A DNA stretch of 62,989 nt, counting the filler, from Octopus bimaculoides (lineage: Eukaryota), in NCBI RefSeq assembly GCF_001194135.2. It is 6 parts of 6 records of this genome, joined end to end, with 100 filler letters (N's around TTAATTAATTAA, not from the genome) between each part and the next. Parts side by side here need not be neighbours in the genome. Positions count along the whole stretch, not along the records: positions 1 to 27,310 come from NC_069005.1; positions 27,411 to 40,919 come from NC_068991.1; 4 more parts are not named here. The stretch is one strand, 5' to 3'. Of this stretch, positions 21,896-35,221 are shown piece after piece. Under the pieces are notes generated by a model, which saw only the letters and a program-made list of their open reading frames with translations, made no database searches and was not told where the DNA came from. A program made the translations under genes and the position numbers. Numbering within the stretch: the stretch's first letter is position 1; each line of letters begins with the position of its first letter.

Positions 21896-22204
21896 AAAGT
21901 TGCCTCAATAAACTGAACATATCTCAACAAAAGATCAGTAGATGTAGTGGATATATCTGATTTCTGTAGTAAAAGAAAAGTTAAAACCATCTTAATGAAG
22001 ACAACCAAAGATGTTAGCATAACACAGCAAATTGAAATGTTAAGCTTTGAAGAAGCTTAACAATGAAATGAAATGAAACTCATTATTGAAATATTTAGCA
22101 TATTGAAACAATATTAAAGAGATTCATGAATTTATGCATCAAAATAGGAAAGAGAACATTTATAAAACATGGAATTTCCACTGGTACATATATATATATA
22201 TATG

Positions 22205-22406
22205 GTGGTTGTCTACTCCTTAAACAGAGTTTGACCACCTCCTGCACCTACACCTTAGCCCTTTCATGGCGTCTGATGTGGCTTTTTAAACCAGACAGTG
22301 TTTTGAAAAAACACCCACACAGATTGCACCTCTGATTTGCACTACCAATACCTGCAAGTAAGTTCTGCTCATTGTGGATCCTAACATGTCTCTTAAGACC
22401 CCCATT
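22205..22406 (-). mobile_element. Probable 5'-truncated LINE 3' end encoding C2H2-like zinc fingers, between (TA)n arrays
   Basis: NGGLKRHVRIHNEQNLLAGIGSANQRCNLCGCFFKTLSGLKSHIRRHERAKV* (stop 22248-22250), short 3' UTR, (TA)n tail; no acceptor visible. Confidence 0.55.
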
Positions 22407-22910
22407 ATATATATATATATACATACATATATATANNNNNNNNNNNNNNNNNNNNNNNNNNNNNNNNNNNNNNNNNNNNNNNNNNNNNNNNNNNNNNNNN
22501 NNNNNNNNNNNNNNNNNNNNNNNNNNNNNNNNNNNNNNNNNNNNNNNNNNNNNNNNNNNNNNNNNNNNNNNNNNNNNNNNNNNNNNNNNNNNNNNNNNNN
22601 NNNNNNNNNNNNNNNNNNNNNNNNNNNNNNNNNNNNNNNNNNNNNNNNNNNNNNNNNNNNNNNNNNNNNNNNNNNNNNNNNNNNNNNNNNNNNNNNNNNN
22701 NNNNNNNNNNNNNNNNNNNNNNNNNNNNNNNNNNNNNNNNNNNNNNNNNNNNNNNNNNNNNNNNNNNNNNNNNNNNNNNNNNNNNNNNNNNNNNNNNNNN
22801 NNNNNNNNNNNNNNNNNNNNNNNNNNNNNNNNNNNNNNNNNNNNNNNNNNNNNNNNNNNNNNNNNNNNNNNNNNNNNNNNNNNNNNNNNNNNNNNNNNNN
22901 NNNNNNNNNN

Positions 22911-22947
<37 letters not shown>

Positions 22948-22956
22948 ATATATATA

Positions 22957-23190
22957 CAGAGGGTTGGCCAAAAGTCACCTGACAATAAATCAAAATTCCA
23001 TAACTCTATCTGTAATTCTGTATTGACTTGAGTGGAAAAATGTGTTGCTCAAGAAGGACTCCAGTTTGAACAATTTTTATGATGTTTCATATTTAGATGC
23101 TTTTATTAAATTCATTCAGTTGTTAAACATAAATAAATCTTGGAATTAAATGGTTTTAGTTTACTGTCAGGTAACTTTTGGCCAACCCTG
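22957..23190. mobile_element. Tc1/mariner MITE, 234 bp
   Basis: TIRs CAG(A)GGGTTGGCCAAAAGT(C/T)ACCTGACA, TA on both flanks. Confidence 0.85.
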
Positions 23191-23699
23191 TATACATATG
23201 TATAAATTTATTTATGTATAAATGAATGTAAATATAGACCTATGGTGAATTACCTCCCTTTAAAACTAAAACCAGAAGTGTTATATATATACATATATAT
23301 CTATATATATATATACCCAGGCCTATTCCCCATTTTTTTTTAGGGGTGGGTAGCCACAACACACATCAGGCATGCCATTCATTTCCTAGCACAAAGGGGC
23401 GAGCCCCGTTCTATTCTTAGGCCAAGGCATAGAATGCAACCCCCAAAATCAGCAACGGGCCCCGACAGAATATGCTGGTTTACCCCCACCATATCATGCT
23501 GGTTCTGTACCCCTTTGAGCAACATCAAAATTCATTCATCCATCCAAAAATACTCTCCAAGCTTTCCTATCATTTATAAACTCTCACGGCAGAAATGGTG
23601 ATTGATAAAATAAATTTCCAGATTAAAGATTAGGGTTGATATAACATCTTCAGCACCATTATTTTACTCTTATTTTACTGTTGTTATAATGAGTCTACG

Positions 23700-24130
23700 A
23701 TGTTACTTGTGAAGATCAATAGACACATGCAAAATATAGTCTAGTGTTATGATGAACAAGAAGGGTGCAAGTGTATTGCTCTGTTGTACTCCGGCCTACA
23801 AATGTATGTTACATACTGTTCTCAGCACATCAAAGAAACAACATCCAATGAAAGAAGAACCATATGGAAGTATTCTCCAACATATCATCACTCATTTGAG
23901 AGCAGAGGACAAGATATACTGGTCACTGGTGTTGAAGCAAAAATGAATTTGTGAGCGAGCTCCTTCTTTGGACTTGGAGCCTTGGGAATTTTCATGTCAG
24001 ATGACCCATAAACGACATTCATTGATCAAATCCTTTTATTGATGTTGAGTTACAAAATAGAAGAGCTCAAAAATGTCATGGAAGACAGGAACACTCAAAG
24101 AGAAAGAAGTTTTGGTCCCAGCAACCTTCC
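23700..24130 (+). pseudogene. Decayed RTE-like LINE ORF2 C-terminus
   Basis: KQHPMKEEPYGS..., TFIDQIL...IEELKNVMEDRNTQRER across frames. Confidence 0.55.
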
Positions 24131-24448
24131 CATAAACGGTAGACGAGTTAGAAGCGTCATGCCAATGCAACCTGTGGTCTCTTGCCATCTCCCTTTTTAC
24201 TTATTTCTCTTGTACTAGATTCTTCCATTTGGATCATGCTGGACATCTTCATCCAACAATTAACCTTCATTTGCATTGTGTATCCTAATATGTCCACACC
24301 AGCACAGCCTCCTCCTCTTTTGCACTCTACAGCTAATTCCTCTTACAATCTAATTCTCCTTTCACAGCTCAGCTCATCTCTACTCAGTCAACCATGCATA
24401 CAAACATTACACATTCAATGGAGCATGCTAAATTTATTTATTCATCTA

Positions 24449-24653
24449 TATACTCTTTTACTTGTTTCAGTCATTTGACTGCAGCCATGCTGGAGCACCG
24501 CCTTTAGTCGAGGAAATCGACCCCAGGACTTATTCTTTGTAAGCCTAGTACTTATTCTATCAGTCTCTTTTTGCCGAACCGCTAAGTTACGGGGAGGTAA
24601 ACACACCAGCATCGGTTGTCAAGCGATGTTGGGGGACAAACACAGAGACACAA

Positions 24654-24699
<46 letters not shown>

Positions 24700-24862
24700 G
24701 ACAGGCTTCTTTCAGTTTCAGTCTACCAAATCCACTCACAAGGCTTTGGTCGGCCTGAGGCTATAGTAGAAGACACTTGTCCAAGGTGCCATGCAGTGGG
24801 ACTGAACCCGGAACCATGTGGTTGGTAAGCAAGCTACTTACCACACAGCCACTCCTGCACCT
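24449..24862 (-). mobile_element. SINE family A, near-intact
   Basis: Almost identical to 2774-3160. Confidence 0.9.
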
Positions 24863-25086
24863 GATTGTATATTTTTACAATGACATTGAAGGGTGGTGTG
24901 AGAGATTGGACCTGGTCGGTATTAACATAAAGCAGTGAGAATATTTGGACTGGATGCGACCAGTTTAAATGCTAAAGGGTTAAATCATCATAGAATTGTG
25001 GGAGATTCTCTGGTGAGTTGGTATGAAAAGGGTCAAAGGAGGTGCTCCAGCATGAGAGCAGTTAATGTATAAGGAGATAAAAACAA

Positions 25087-25451
25087 TTGTTGGCACTCCG
25101 TCGCTTACGACGTTGAGGGTTCCAGTTGATCCAACCAACGGAACAGCCTGCTCGTGAAATTAACGTGCAAGTGGCTGAGCACTCCACAGACACGTGTACC
25201 CTTAACGTAGTTCTCGGGGATATTCAGCGTGACACAGTGTGACAAGGCTGGCCCTTTGAATTACAGGCACAACAGAAACAGGAAGAAAGAGTGAGAGAAA
25301 GTTGTGGTGAAAGAGTACAGCAGGGTTCGCCACCATCCCCTGCCGGAGCCTCGTGGAGCTTTTAGGTGTTTTTGCTCAATAAACACTCACAACGCCCGGT
25401 CTGGGAATCGAAACCGCAATCCTATGACCGCGAGTCCTATGACCGCCTCCA
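25087..25451 (-). mobile_element. SINE family C
   Basis: TTGTTGGCACTCCGTCGCTTACGACG tail to GGGAATCGAAACCGC B-box region; head internally rearranged. Confidence 0.9.
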
Positions 25452-26565
25452 TGATAAAACAATAAAACAATATTAATAAAACATGGAACCAGAACAAAGA
25501 AGGCAGTGGATTAGCAGAGTGGGCAGAGCGTCCGACACAATGACTTGTGGTATTTGTTTTAGTTCTCTGTACCCCGTGTTCTGTCTTTCAACCTTTTGGG
25601 GGCTGATAAATAAAGTAGCAGAGAAAGGTTGTCCACCACAAAGTCCAATTCTTGTTGTGATGTGGTGGCTTATATGCTTCAGTGACCCTGAGAACTATAC
25701 CAGTGGAGCAGAAGTAGCCGGTAGGGCTTTCCATGCTGGACAGATTGCAGAACAGAGGCCAGACTAATATGGACCACCTCTGCCCAGAAGGTGAAAATGT
25801 GTTTGCACAGGGCCAAGACCCTTACCTAGAAAAAGGCAAAGTTAAAAAACATTAATGACAATTCAAAACCAACAAAACCTGGGAGAGAGGAAGGTCCTCC
25901 CCCGGGGAAATATATGGTACAGGGCAGCAAAATTTGGAAGAGAACTGAAAAAAAGCAGAAACCCAACTTGACAGAAGCTGAAAAGATAACCCAGAGTAGA
26001 GCAGAGAAAGGTCATCAGAGGTCGATACTCCTTAGGGAGTTATAGAGCTTTGGATTTTTAAGACTAAGATTGGTGGATGAGTAGAATTGTTAGAGCAATG
26101 AATAAGATGCTTTGGATTGTCTATTCTGGTTCTTTGCATTCCAAGTTCAAATCCTGCCCCCTGTCACTGTTGTTGGTCAAACGGGGCATTCGAGATCCAA
26201 ACTCATCATCATCATTTAACGTCCGTGTTCCATGCTGGTATGGGTTGGATGGCTTGACAGGGACTGAGGTAAGGCCTGAGGTCGCACCAGGTTCCATAGT
26301 CGTGCTTTGACTTGGTCTCTCAGGCAGGTTATAAATTTGCAGATGTGAAATAAAAATTTTAAAAAAGCGCAATGGCTTGACTGGAGCAGCATCTCTCAAC
26401 AGTATCACCGCCATGCATGGAATGTGAACCCTGCAACTAAAATGGGGGAAGAAATTTCAAAGACAAAAATGAAAAAAGAAAAGACAAAAAAAAAAAAAAA
26501 GGACCAAAAAACATGGAACCAAAGCAAACAGATTAAAAAAGATTTAAACAATTTTTCAATCTCTG

Positions 26566-26606
<41 letters not shown>

Positions 26607-27249
26607 ATTATTATTATTATTATTAATATTTTTTTCCATTGTTAATTATACAATATTTTTCACATTCGACACATTGTTTGTCTGTTTGTCTGTTTCTTTG
26701 ATTTTTTTTCTCATTTTATAAGAGGAGTTTTCTTTTCAATTAATATTATTATTATCATTCATGTTATAATCATTATCATTATCATAATTATAATTATTAT
26801 TATCGTTATCATTATTGGTTTCCTACATTTTTGTACAAAGTCCTTTTCTTTCATTCATATTTTTTTTTCCAATTTTTTTTTTTATTTCTATTCTTTATTT
26901 TCTTTCCTCTTTTCCTCTTTCGTTTATTCTTTTTCTCCTTTCTTTTTTTTTTTGTTTTGCTTTCGTATGTTGCAATTGTTTTTAAATCATATTTTTTTAG
27001 TTGGTTTTCAGTCGTTTTTTCAGGTCAATTTATGTGTGTGTGTGTGTGTGTGTATGTATGTGAGTGTGCATGCGTGCGTATGCATATATATATACATACA
27101 TATATATGCATATAGACATATATATGTATATAGATATATACATATATAAATATATACATACATATATATGTATATAGGCATATATATGTGTATAGATATA
27201 TACATATATAAATATATACATACATATATAAATATATATATAAGGGTCT

Positions 27250-27310
<61 letters not shown>

Positions 27311-27410
27311 NNNNNNNNNNNNNNNNNNNNNNNNNNNNNNNNNNNNNNNNNNNNTTAATTAATTAANNNNNNNNNNNNNNNNNNNNNNNNNNNNNNNNNN
27401 NNNNNNNNNN
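27311..27410. other. Artificial scaffold-joining spacer (44 N + TTAATTAATTAA + 44 N)
   Basis: Identical geometry at five positions; 12-mer at 27355-27366. Confidence 0.95.
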
Positions 27411-27411
27411 A

Positions 27412-27441
27412 TTAGGGTTAGGGTTAGGGTTAGGGTTAGGG
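27412..27441 (+). repeat. (TTAGGG)5 telomere-like repeat at scaffold start
   Basis: Five exact copies directly after the spacer. Confidence 0.9.
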
Positions 27442-27941
27442 AAAACGAACACACGTGCGTTGCCTCTGCAAAATGTCAGAAGTAATGGAGATTAAATACG
27501 CTTTACACCGCTTAAATTGCCAAAGGAGTAAGTATAAACAGCTGAATACCTGTCAGTGATTGGTTGAAATTATCGAAATAAGACAATTTCTTACATGAAA
27601 TAAATTCGAATACAAAATTTTTTTTCTGTTCTATAACACAAAATAGATAAGTATACGAAGTTTGAAAGTCTTTCGGTACCAAAAACACTACATAAAACAT
27701 AAATGAAAACTGGTGCTCCCGTTTTGAACAAGATCCAAAATTACATTTATATGATACATTAAAAAAAATTTTTGAAGATAATTGTAAACAGTGACAAAAA
27801 CCACAAAGAGCCAACGATTCTGATAGAAGCAATTACCTTACTGTCAATTGCACTGGAGTAATCCCAATCAAAATACAAGTTTAGTCACCGGCTCAGCATC
27901 TATGTTTGTGTTCTTCATTCCAAAATAATAAAGACTTTAAC

Positions 27942-28440
27942 ATACTTCCGAAATGGGACTTCATCCATGTGTATCCGCGTGCGTATATGTGTGTGGGGGT
28001 GGGGTGCAAGAAAAAAATTTACGGAAATAAACTTGCACAATGTTACACCTCTGAATTTCTTTTTAATTATGATAATGAAACAAGAAGTTTACTCCTTGTC
28101 ACCAAAATTAATTCTCCTTGCATTTTCTCTCTTTCTCAATATTCAGTTAAAGAAAGAATATGTTGTTACCAACAACGTTAAAACTTTAGTAACTTGATCG
28201 ATCTGTCATTGAACCAGGATTTTAATTTCATTTGATACACATTTTGCTATCGCTTATATGGAGAATTGCAAACATGGCATATAAAGATAACTTATTTTAA
28301 TAGAAATTTTATGAGTACATTTCTGTAAATGTTTTTCTTGCGCACCAACACCAACACACACCTGCACGCGGGTACACTGGATACACGCGGACACAACATG
28401 CCCGCGGATACACATAGGCTAAGTCCCATTTTGGAAGTAT
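27942..28440. mobile_element. Foldback/MITE-like element with ~85-120-bp terminal inverted repeats
   Basis: ATACTTCCGAAATGGGACTT..ATGTGTATCCGCG..GCAAGAAAAA.ATTTACGGAAAT matches the reverse complement of 28319-28440. Confidence 0.7.
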
Positions 28441-31021
28441 TATTCTATTATTTTTCGTTTTGGGATTTGGTTTGCAAGATTTTTTATGTGATTTCGTGTG
28501 TTGAAGCATATTCTGTTGTGTCTGGGGAGAGTCATTTTCTTATTGTGCCTTAAAATTTAACACACTCAGCGGTAAAATTTCCACTTATTTCTTATTTTTA
28601 TTTTCCTAAAATTTTCGTTGCGTCTTGCAACCTTTTCAATNNNNNNNNNNNNNNNNNNNNNNNNNNNNNNNNNNNNNNNNNNNNNNNNNNNNNNNNNNNN
28701 NNNNNNNNNNNNNNNNNNNNNNNNNNNNNNNNNNNNNNNNNNNNNNNNNNNNNNNNNNNNNNNNNNNNNNNNNNNNNNNNNNNNNNNNNNNNNNNNNNNN
28801 NNNNNNNNNNNNNNNNNNNNNNNNNNNNNNNNNNNNNNNNNNNNNNNNNNAATCTATGCTGTTTGAAAGGTGTTTCTATAAAATTTCAATAAAAGCTATC
28901 CATTTTCCTGAAAATTATGAGGGGTAAAAAACGGATCGTGTGAATTTTCGGAAAAAATTTTCCTCGGGAATGTCTTTATAATCGTAATTTGTGCCATTTG
29001 AACGGTATTTCTATAAAATTTCATCAATATATATCCATTTCCCTGAAAGTTGTGAGGGAAAAATTGGATCTTGTGAATTTTCTGAAAGTCCTCTCCCCGC
29101 CGACCCACAATTTTTTCATTTTGCATATTCGTTTTCAACACAGTTTTTAACACCTTTTTTTTTTTGTTAACGGGAATGTTTATGTTAATTTTAAAATTTG
29201 CCAACAAAATCTTATAAAATGACAGTGTTCTAAACGATGTACATGTTTATATGTTATAAATGAAAACTTATAACGTGTACTCAATTGTAGACATACTTGG
29301 AAAATTTCCATTATATGTAAACGCAAGAAATCTAACAGTTTTCGGAATTTGACAAGAAAAGAAAAAATGGGTTAACCTCATTCAACGGATCACCCAGTAA
29401 CTTCTTTGTCTCAATTCATGCCGTTAACCAATAGGCGAATTGTTGGCCTACTTGCGTAGAATGAGTAAGGGGAAGTCCTTCTGTTCATAAATTTTTTATT
29501 TTATTTTTAAATATGTAAATACTCCGTATCTCTTATATAAATATCAAAAACTATTGCCAACCGAACAAAGCTGGTTTCAGCGGCACGCACGCTGTTGAAG
29601 AGATTTAAACAAGGCTGCCAATGGGATTTTCTGAAACACTCCAGGAGAAAAAATCCAGATTATAAAAATATTGAGTTTAAATAGAAATATATAAACATAA
29701 TAGCGAGAGTCCTCATTTCCCGTAATACATCTTGAAAGAGCAAATGATTCGTAATTTTCGGGGGTTTTTAATAATTCTTTCCTTTTGTTTTTTCTTTTTT
29801 TCTTTTTTTTTTTTTTGCTTACAGCAAAACGTCCTTCATTCTTTTCTATGCTCTCACATATTACATTCCATAGCATTTCTAGTAAAAGATTGTTTTACAA
29901 GGAATTTATCTTTTTCAGTTTCTGCTTTTAAAGAATAGGTGCTCATTGTTTTGAAAATACTTATTCGATGTACGATAGCAAATATGGAAAGATTGTGAAA
30001 CTAGTCCGCAAATTTGACAACAAATTATATTTTAAATTATAAAGCCTATTTTATCTTTTATCTCTTACTTACTTCNNNNNNNNNNNNNNNNNNNNNNNNN
30101 NNNNNNNNNNNNNNNNNNNNNNNNNNNNNNNNNNNNNNNNNNNNNNNNNNNNNNNNNNNNNNNNNNNNNNNNNNNNNNNNNNNNNNNNNNNNNNNNNNNN
30201 NNNNNNNNNNNNNNNNNNNNNNNNNNNNNNNNNNNNNNNNNNNNNNNNNNNNNNNNNNNNNNNNNNNNNNNNNNNNNNNNNNNNNNNNNNNNNNNNNNNN
30301 NNNNNNNNNNNNNNNNNNNNNNNNNNNNNNNNNNNNNNNNNNNNNNNNNNNNNNNNNNNNNNNNNNNNNNNNNNNNNNNNNNNNNNNNNNNNNNNNNNNN
30401 NNNNNNNNNNNNNNNNNNNNNNNNNNNNNNNNNNNNNNNNNNNNNNNNNNNNNNNNNNNNNNNNNNNNNNNNNNNNNNNNNNNNNNNNNNNNNNNNNNNN
30501 NNNNNNNNNNNNNNNNNNNNNNNNNNNNNNNNNNNNNNNNNNNNNNNNNNNNNNNNNNNNNNNNNNNNNNNNNNNNNNNNNNNNNNNNNNNNNNNNNNNN
30601 NNNNNNNNNNNNNNNNNNNNNNNNNNNNNNNNNNNNNNNNNNNNNNNNNNNNNNNNNNNNNNNNNNNNNNNNNNNNNNNNNNNNNNNNNNNNNNNNNNNN
30701 NNNNNNNNNNNNNNNNNNNNNNNNNNNNNNNNNNNNNNNNNNNNNNNNNNNNNNNNNNNNNNNNNNNNNNNNNNNNNNNNNNNNNNNNNNNNNNNNNNNN
30801 NNNNNNNNNNNNNNNNNNNNNNNNNNNNNNNNNNNNNNNNNNNNNNNNNNNNNNNNNNNNNNNNNNNNNNNNNNNNNNNNNNNNNNNNNNNNNNNNNNNN
30901 NNNNNNNNNNNNNNNNNNNNNNNNNNNNNNNNNNNNNNNNNNNNNNNNNNNNNNNNNNNNNNNNNNNNNNNNNNNNNNNNNNNNNNNNNNNNNNNNNNNN
31001 NNNNNNNNNNNNNNNNNNNNN

Positions 31022-31328
31022 TGTGAGTGTTTATTGAGCGAAAACACCTTAAGCTCCACGAGGCTCCGGCAAGGGATGGTGGCGAACCCTGCTGTACTCT
31101 TTCACCACAACTTTCTCTCACTCTTACTTCCTGTTTCTGTTGTGCCTGTAATTCAAAGGGTCAGCCTTGTCACACTGTGTCACGCTGAATATCCCCGAGA
31201 ACTACGTTAAGGGTACACGTGTCTGTGGAGTGCTCAGCCACTTGCACGTTAATTTCACGAGCAGGCTGTTCTGTTGATCGGATCAACTGGAACCCTCGAC
31301 GTCGTAAGCGACGGAGTGCCAACAACAA
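31022..31328 (+). mobile_element. SINE family C (5' end in gap)
   Basis: Body and GGAGTGCCAACAAC tail match 54138-54523. Confidence 0.9.
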
Positions 31329-31959
31329 GCAATAACTTCTCCAGTGATAACCCAAAGTACTTAGTTTAGTTTCTGTCACAATGAATAAAAAATGGTAATG
31401 TCTCTTGTAGAATGATTGATGTAGCAAATAGGTTGCGATCATAAGCTACCTTTGTGTCTAAGATCTTTAATTTAGCAATAAATTCCATCTTCTTTGAAAG
31501 GAAACTATTCTCTTTATTGAATACAATGTTCCGCTTAGAATGTGAAACAATGGTTTCAAAATCTTCTAATAACTGACCTCATATTAAATATGCTGTTATC
31601 TTTACTCCTACGTAAACATCATTTATAATTTTCTAATAACTTTCATTGTTTGAATCAATTTCATATAATTTAATGTTCTTCGGTAATTCATATACACATT
31701 TTTTTTCTTTAACTTGTCTCACTCATTAGACTGCAGCCATGCTGGGGCACAACCTCAAAAATGTTTTGTAGAATGAATCGAGCCCAGTACATTTTTTCTT
31801 TTCTTTTTTTTACGCCTGGTTCTTTTTCTATCAGTCACTTTTGACGAACCTCTAAGTTATGAGGACTTAAACACACCAACACCGGTTGTCAAATGGTGAT
31901 GGGAGGACAAATGCAGACACACACACACACACACACACACTACACAACACACATATACA

Positions 31960-31995
<36 letters not shown>

Positions 31996-33829
31996 NNNNN
32001 NNNNNAGATTTAATCAAGAGATTAAATGTGGTACTTAAAATGTTTGTGGCACCAGTATTTGGTAGGGTAAAATCCAAAATCAAAATCAAGAGATTTGGTG
32101 AATTAAATTTGAAGAAAAGCAACAAAAATGTATTAGGCTATAGCAGTACGTACGTTTCGTACAAGCTTCATTTATTTATGTAGTGAGAACACCACATGAG
32201 ATGTGCAATGAAAATGTACTCCTCAGCTGCATAATTATATACGACGGGGCTTTCAGTTTCTGTCGACCAAATCCAATCACAAGGGTTTGGATAGCGTGAG
32301 GCTATAGCAGAAGACACTTGCCCAAGGTGTCATATAGTGGGAGTGAACCTGGAACTATGTGGTTGGGAAGCAAGCAAGAAGTGTAACATATTTTATATTC
32401 TGATGATGTCAAGAAATACAGAGTAATTTAAATTACGAATCTTTTTAGTTGCTTAAATCCAAGCAATGGACCACCCTTGGGCTAAGTAAAACCGTTACTT
32501 CTGCAGCATTCCATAAAATGAGTTTATATTGAGAAAAATATGGAAAAACATCATGTCATAGTGACAAAAAAAACAAAACGAGGAAGGTTCATGGTGGTCA
32601 TGGGATATGCTGAAAACAACAGTTAAGTCTCTTTTAACTCTCTTTTAAATAACACATCTTTTGGTCTGAAAATTATTTTGAAATTATAAAAAGAAACAAA
32701 TTCCATATTCGGGCTGTCCGTATTTTAAATCTTTGATTAAAAAAAAAANNNNNNNNNNNNNNNNNNNNNNNNNNNNNNNNNNNNNNNNNNNNNNNNNNNN
32801 NNNNNNNNNNNNNNNNNNNNNNNNNNNNNNNNNNNNNNNNNNNNNNNNNNNNNNNNNNNNNNNNNNNNNNNNNNNNNNNNNNNNNNNNNNNNNNNNNNNN
32901 NNNNNNNNNNNNNNNNNNNNNNNNNNNNNNNNNNNNNNNNNNNNNNNNNNNNNNNNNNNNNNNNNNNNNNNNNNNNNNNNNNNNNNNNNNNNNNNNNNNN
33001 NNNNNNNNNNNNNNNNNNNNNNNNNNNNNNNNNNNNNNNNNNNNNNNNNNNNNNNNNNNNNNNNNNNNNNNNNNNNNNNNNNNNNNNNNNNNNNNNNNNN
33101 NNNNNNNNNNNNNNNNNNNNNNNNNNNNNNNNNNNNNNNNNNNNNNNNNNNNNNNNNNNNNNNNNNNNNNNNNNNNNNNNNNNNNNNNNNNNNNNNNNNN
33201 NNNNNNNNNNNNNNNNNNNNNNNNNNNNNNNNNNNNNNNNNNNNNNNNNNNNNNNNNNNNNNNNNNNNNNNNNNNNNNNNNNNNNNNNNNNNNNNNNNNN
33301 NNNNNNNNNNNNNNNNNNNNNNNNNNNNNNNNNNNNNNNNNNNNNNNNNNNNNNNNNNNNNNNNNNNNNNNNNNNNNNNNNNNNNNNNNNNNNNNNNNNN
33401 NNNNNNNNNNNNNNNNNNNNNNNNNNNNNNNNNNNNNNNNNNNNNNNNNNNNNNNNNNNNNNNNNNNNNNNNNNNNNNNNNNNNNNNNNNNNNNNNNNNN
33501 NNNNNNNNNNNNNNNNNNNNNNNNNNNNNNNNNNNNNNNNNNNNNNNNNNNNNNNNNNNNNNNNNNNNNNNNNNNNNNNNNNNNNNNNNNNNNNNNNNNN
33601 NNNNNNNNNNNNNNNNNNNNNNNNNNNNNNNNNNNNNNNNNNNNNNNNNNNNNNNNNNNNNNNNNNNNNNNNNNNNNNNNNNNNNNNNNNNNNNNNNNNN
33701 NTGTGTGTGCCTCGCCTTGATATTGACCGGGTGTAATACAAATCCTTGTCATGAACGACATTCAACAACTCCCAAAACATTTGAAGTCCTTTTTTTTAAA
33801 TCTTTTTCTTTTTACATTTCTCCTTTATT

Positions 33830-34040
33830 CTTTAACTTGTTTCGGTCTTTTGACTGCGGCCATGCTGGAGAACCGCCTTGAGGGGTTTTAGTCGAATAAA
33901 TCGACTCCAGGACTTATTTTTTAAAGCTTAGTACTTATTCTATCTGTACCTTTTGCTGAACTGCTAAGTTACGGGGACGTAAACACAACAACACCGGTTG
34001 TCAAGCGGTGACGGAGGGAGCAAACAGACACAAAGATACT
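33830..34040 (-). mobile_element. SINE family A 3' half
   Basis: GACTGCGGCCATGCTGG...CTAAGTTACGGGGACGTAAACAC. Confidence 0.75.
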
Positions 34041-35012
34041 CACACAAATATTTACATTACTCTTCCTCCCTGTCTCTCGTCGTTCACCTATGTTCAACTT
34101 CCTCCCTTTTCCTCTCTCTACCACTGCTCTTTGATCACACGTGACCTGTGGTCACCTCTTCCTTCATCCATTCGGCCACCAAAAGGCAACACTAACTGCT
34201 ATCTCTCTCTGCTCAAGTTCGTCACATCACAGCGTTCAGTATCTCATCTCGTTCGGCTTAACGGCTCTCAACGTTGTTTTCACTGTTTAGTTTTCCCTGT
34301 CTTGGTTTCTGTTTGCCACTTTGGAATCCTCCGCATAGCAGGTTTTATTTAATTTGCTTTGCGAGAAGAGCTATTCTAAGAGCGCGTTCTGCCTCATCTT
34401 CGAAACGCCTAGTTTAGAATAGAAGCAGCTGATGAAGGAAAAGTTCCATATGTGGCTTGTCTGTTTTCCTATGCGTTCATTCTGTTTTGTCCGTAAAAAA
34501 AGTTCGTTTTTTATGCTTTGTTTATGTTCTCGTTCCTTTTTTGTCCACGTTTTTTTACATCCTGTACCCAGATATGCATCTATATATACATGAAGATGTA
34601 GGTATGTACATATTATATGTATGTATATATGCATATGTTCACATATCATTTGTATTATTATTATTATTATTATTATTATNNNNNNNNNNNNNNNNNNNNN
34701 NNNNNNNNNNNNNNNNNNNNNNNNNNNNNNNNNNNNNNNNNNNNNNNNNNNNNNNNNNNNNNNNNNNNNNNNNNNNNNNNNNNNNNNNNNNNNNNNNNNN
34801 NNNNNNNNNNNNNNNNNNNNNNNNNNNNNNNNNNNNNNNNNNNNNNNNNNNNNNNNNNNNNNNNNNNNNNNNNNNNNNNNNNNNNNNNNNNNNNNNNNNN
34901 NNNNNNNNNNNNNNNNNNNNNNNNNNNNNNNNNNNNNNNNNNNNNNNNNNNNNNNNNNNNNNNNNNNNNNNNNNNNNNNNNNNNNNNNNNNNNNNNNNNN
35001 NNNNNNNNNNNN

Positions 35013-35071
<59 letters not shown>

Positions 35072-35221
35072 TAATTGTTCAGTTTATTCACAGAAAAAGG
35101 CAAAACATAAAATTAAGGGGAGATAAGTAGTAAAATATGCAGCTTACTTTTAATACAACATAAAGACTGACGATTGCTGCCAGAAAGTGAACAAATGTCT
35201 TCTTTTTTTTTTTTCAGTGGA

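Noticed and set aside
34355-34445. Permuted hammerhead (GAAACGCC ... CTGATGA)
   Set aside because: Motif order would need stems I and II that I cannot form convincingly; only about 3 bp of pairing.
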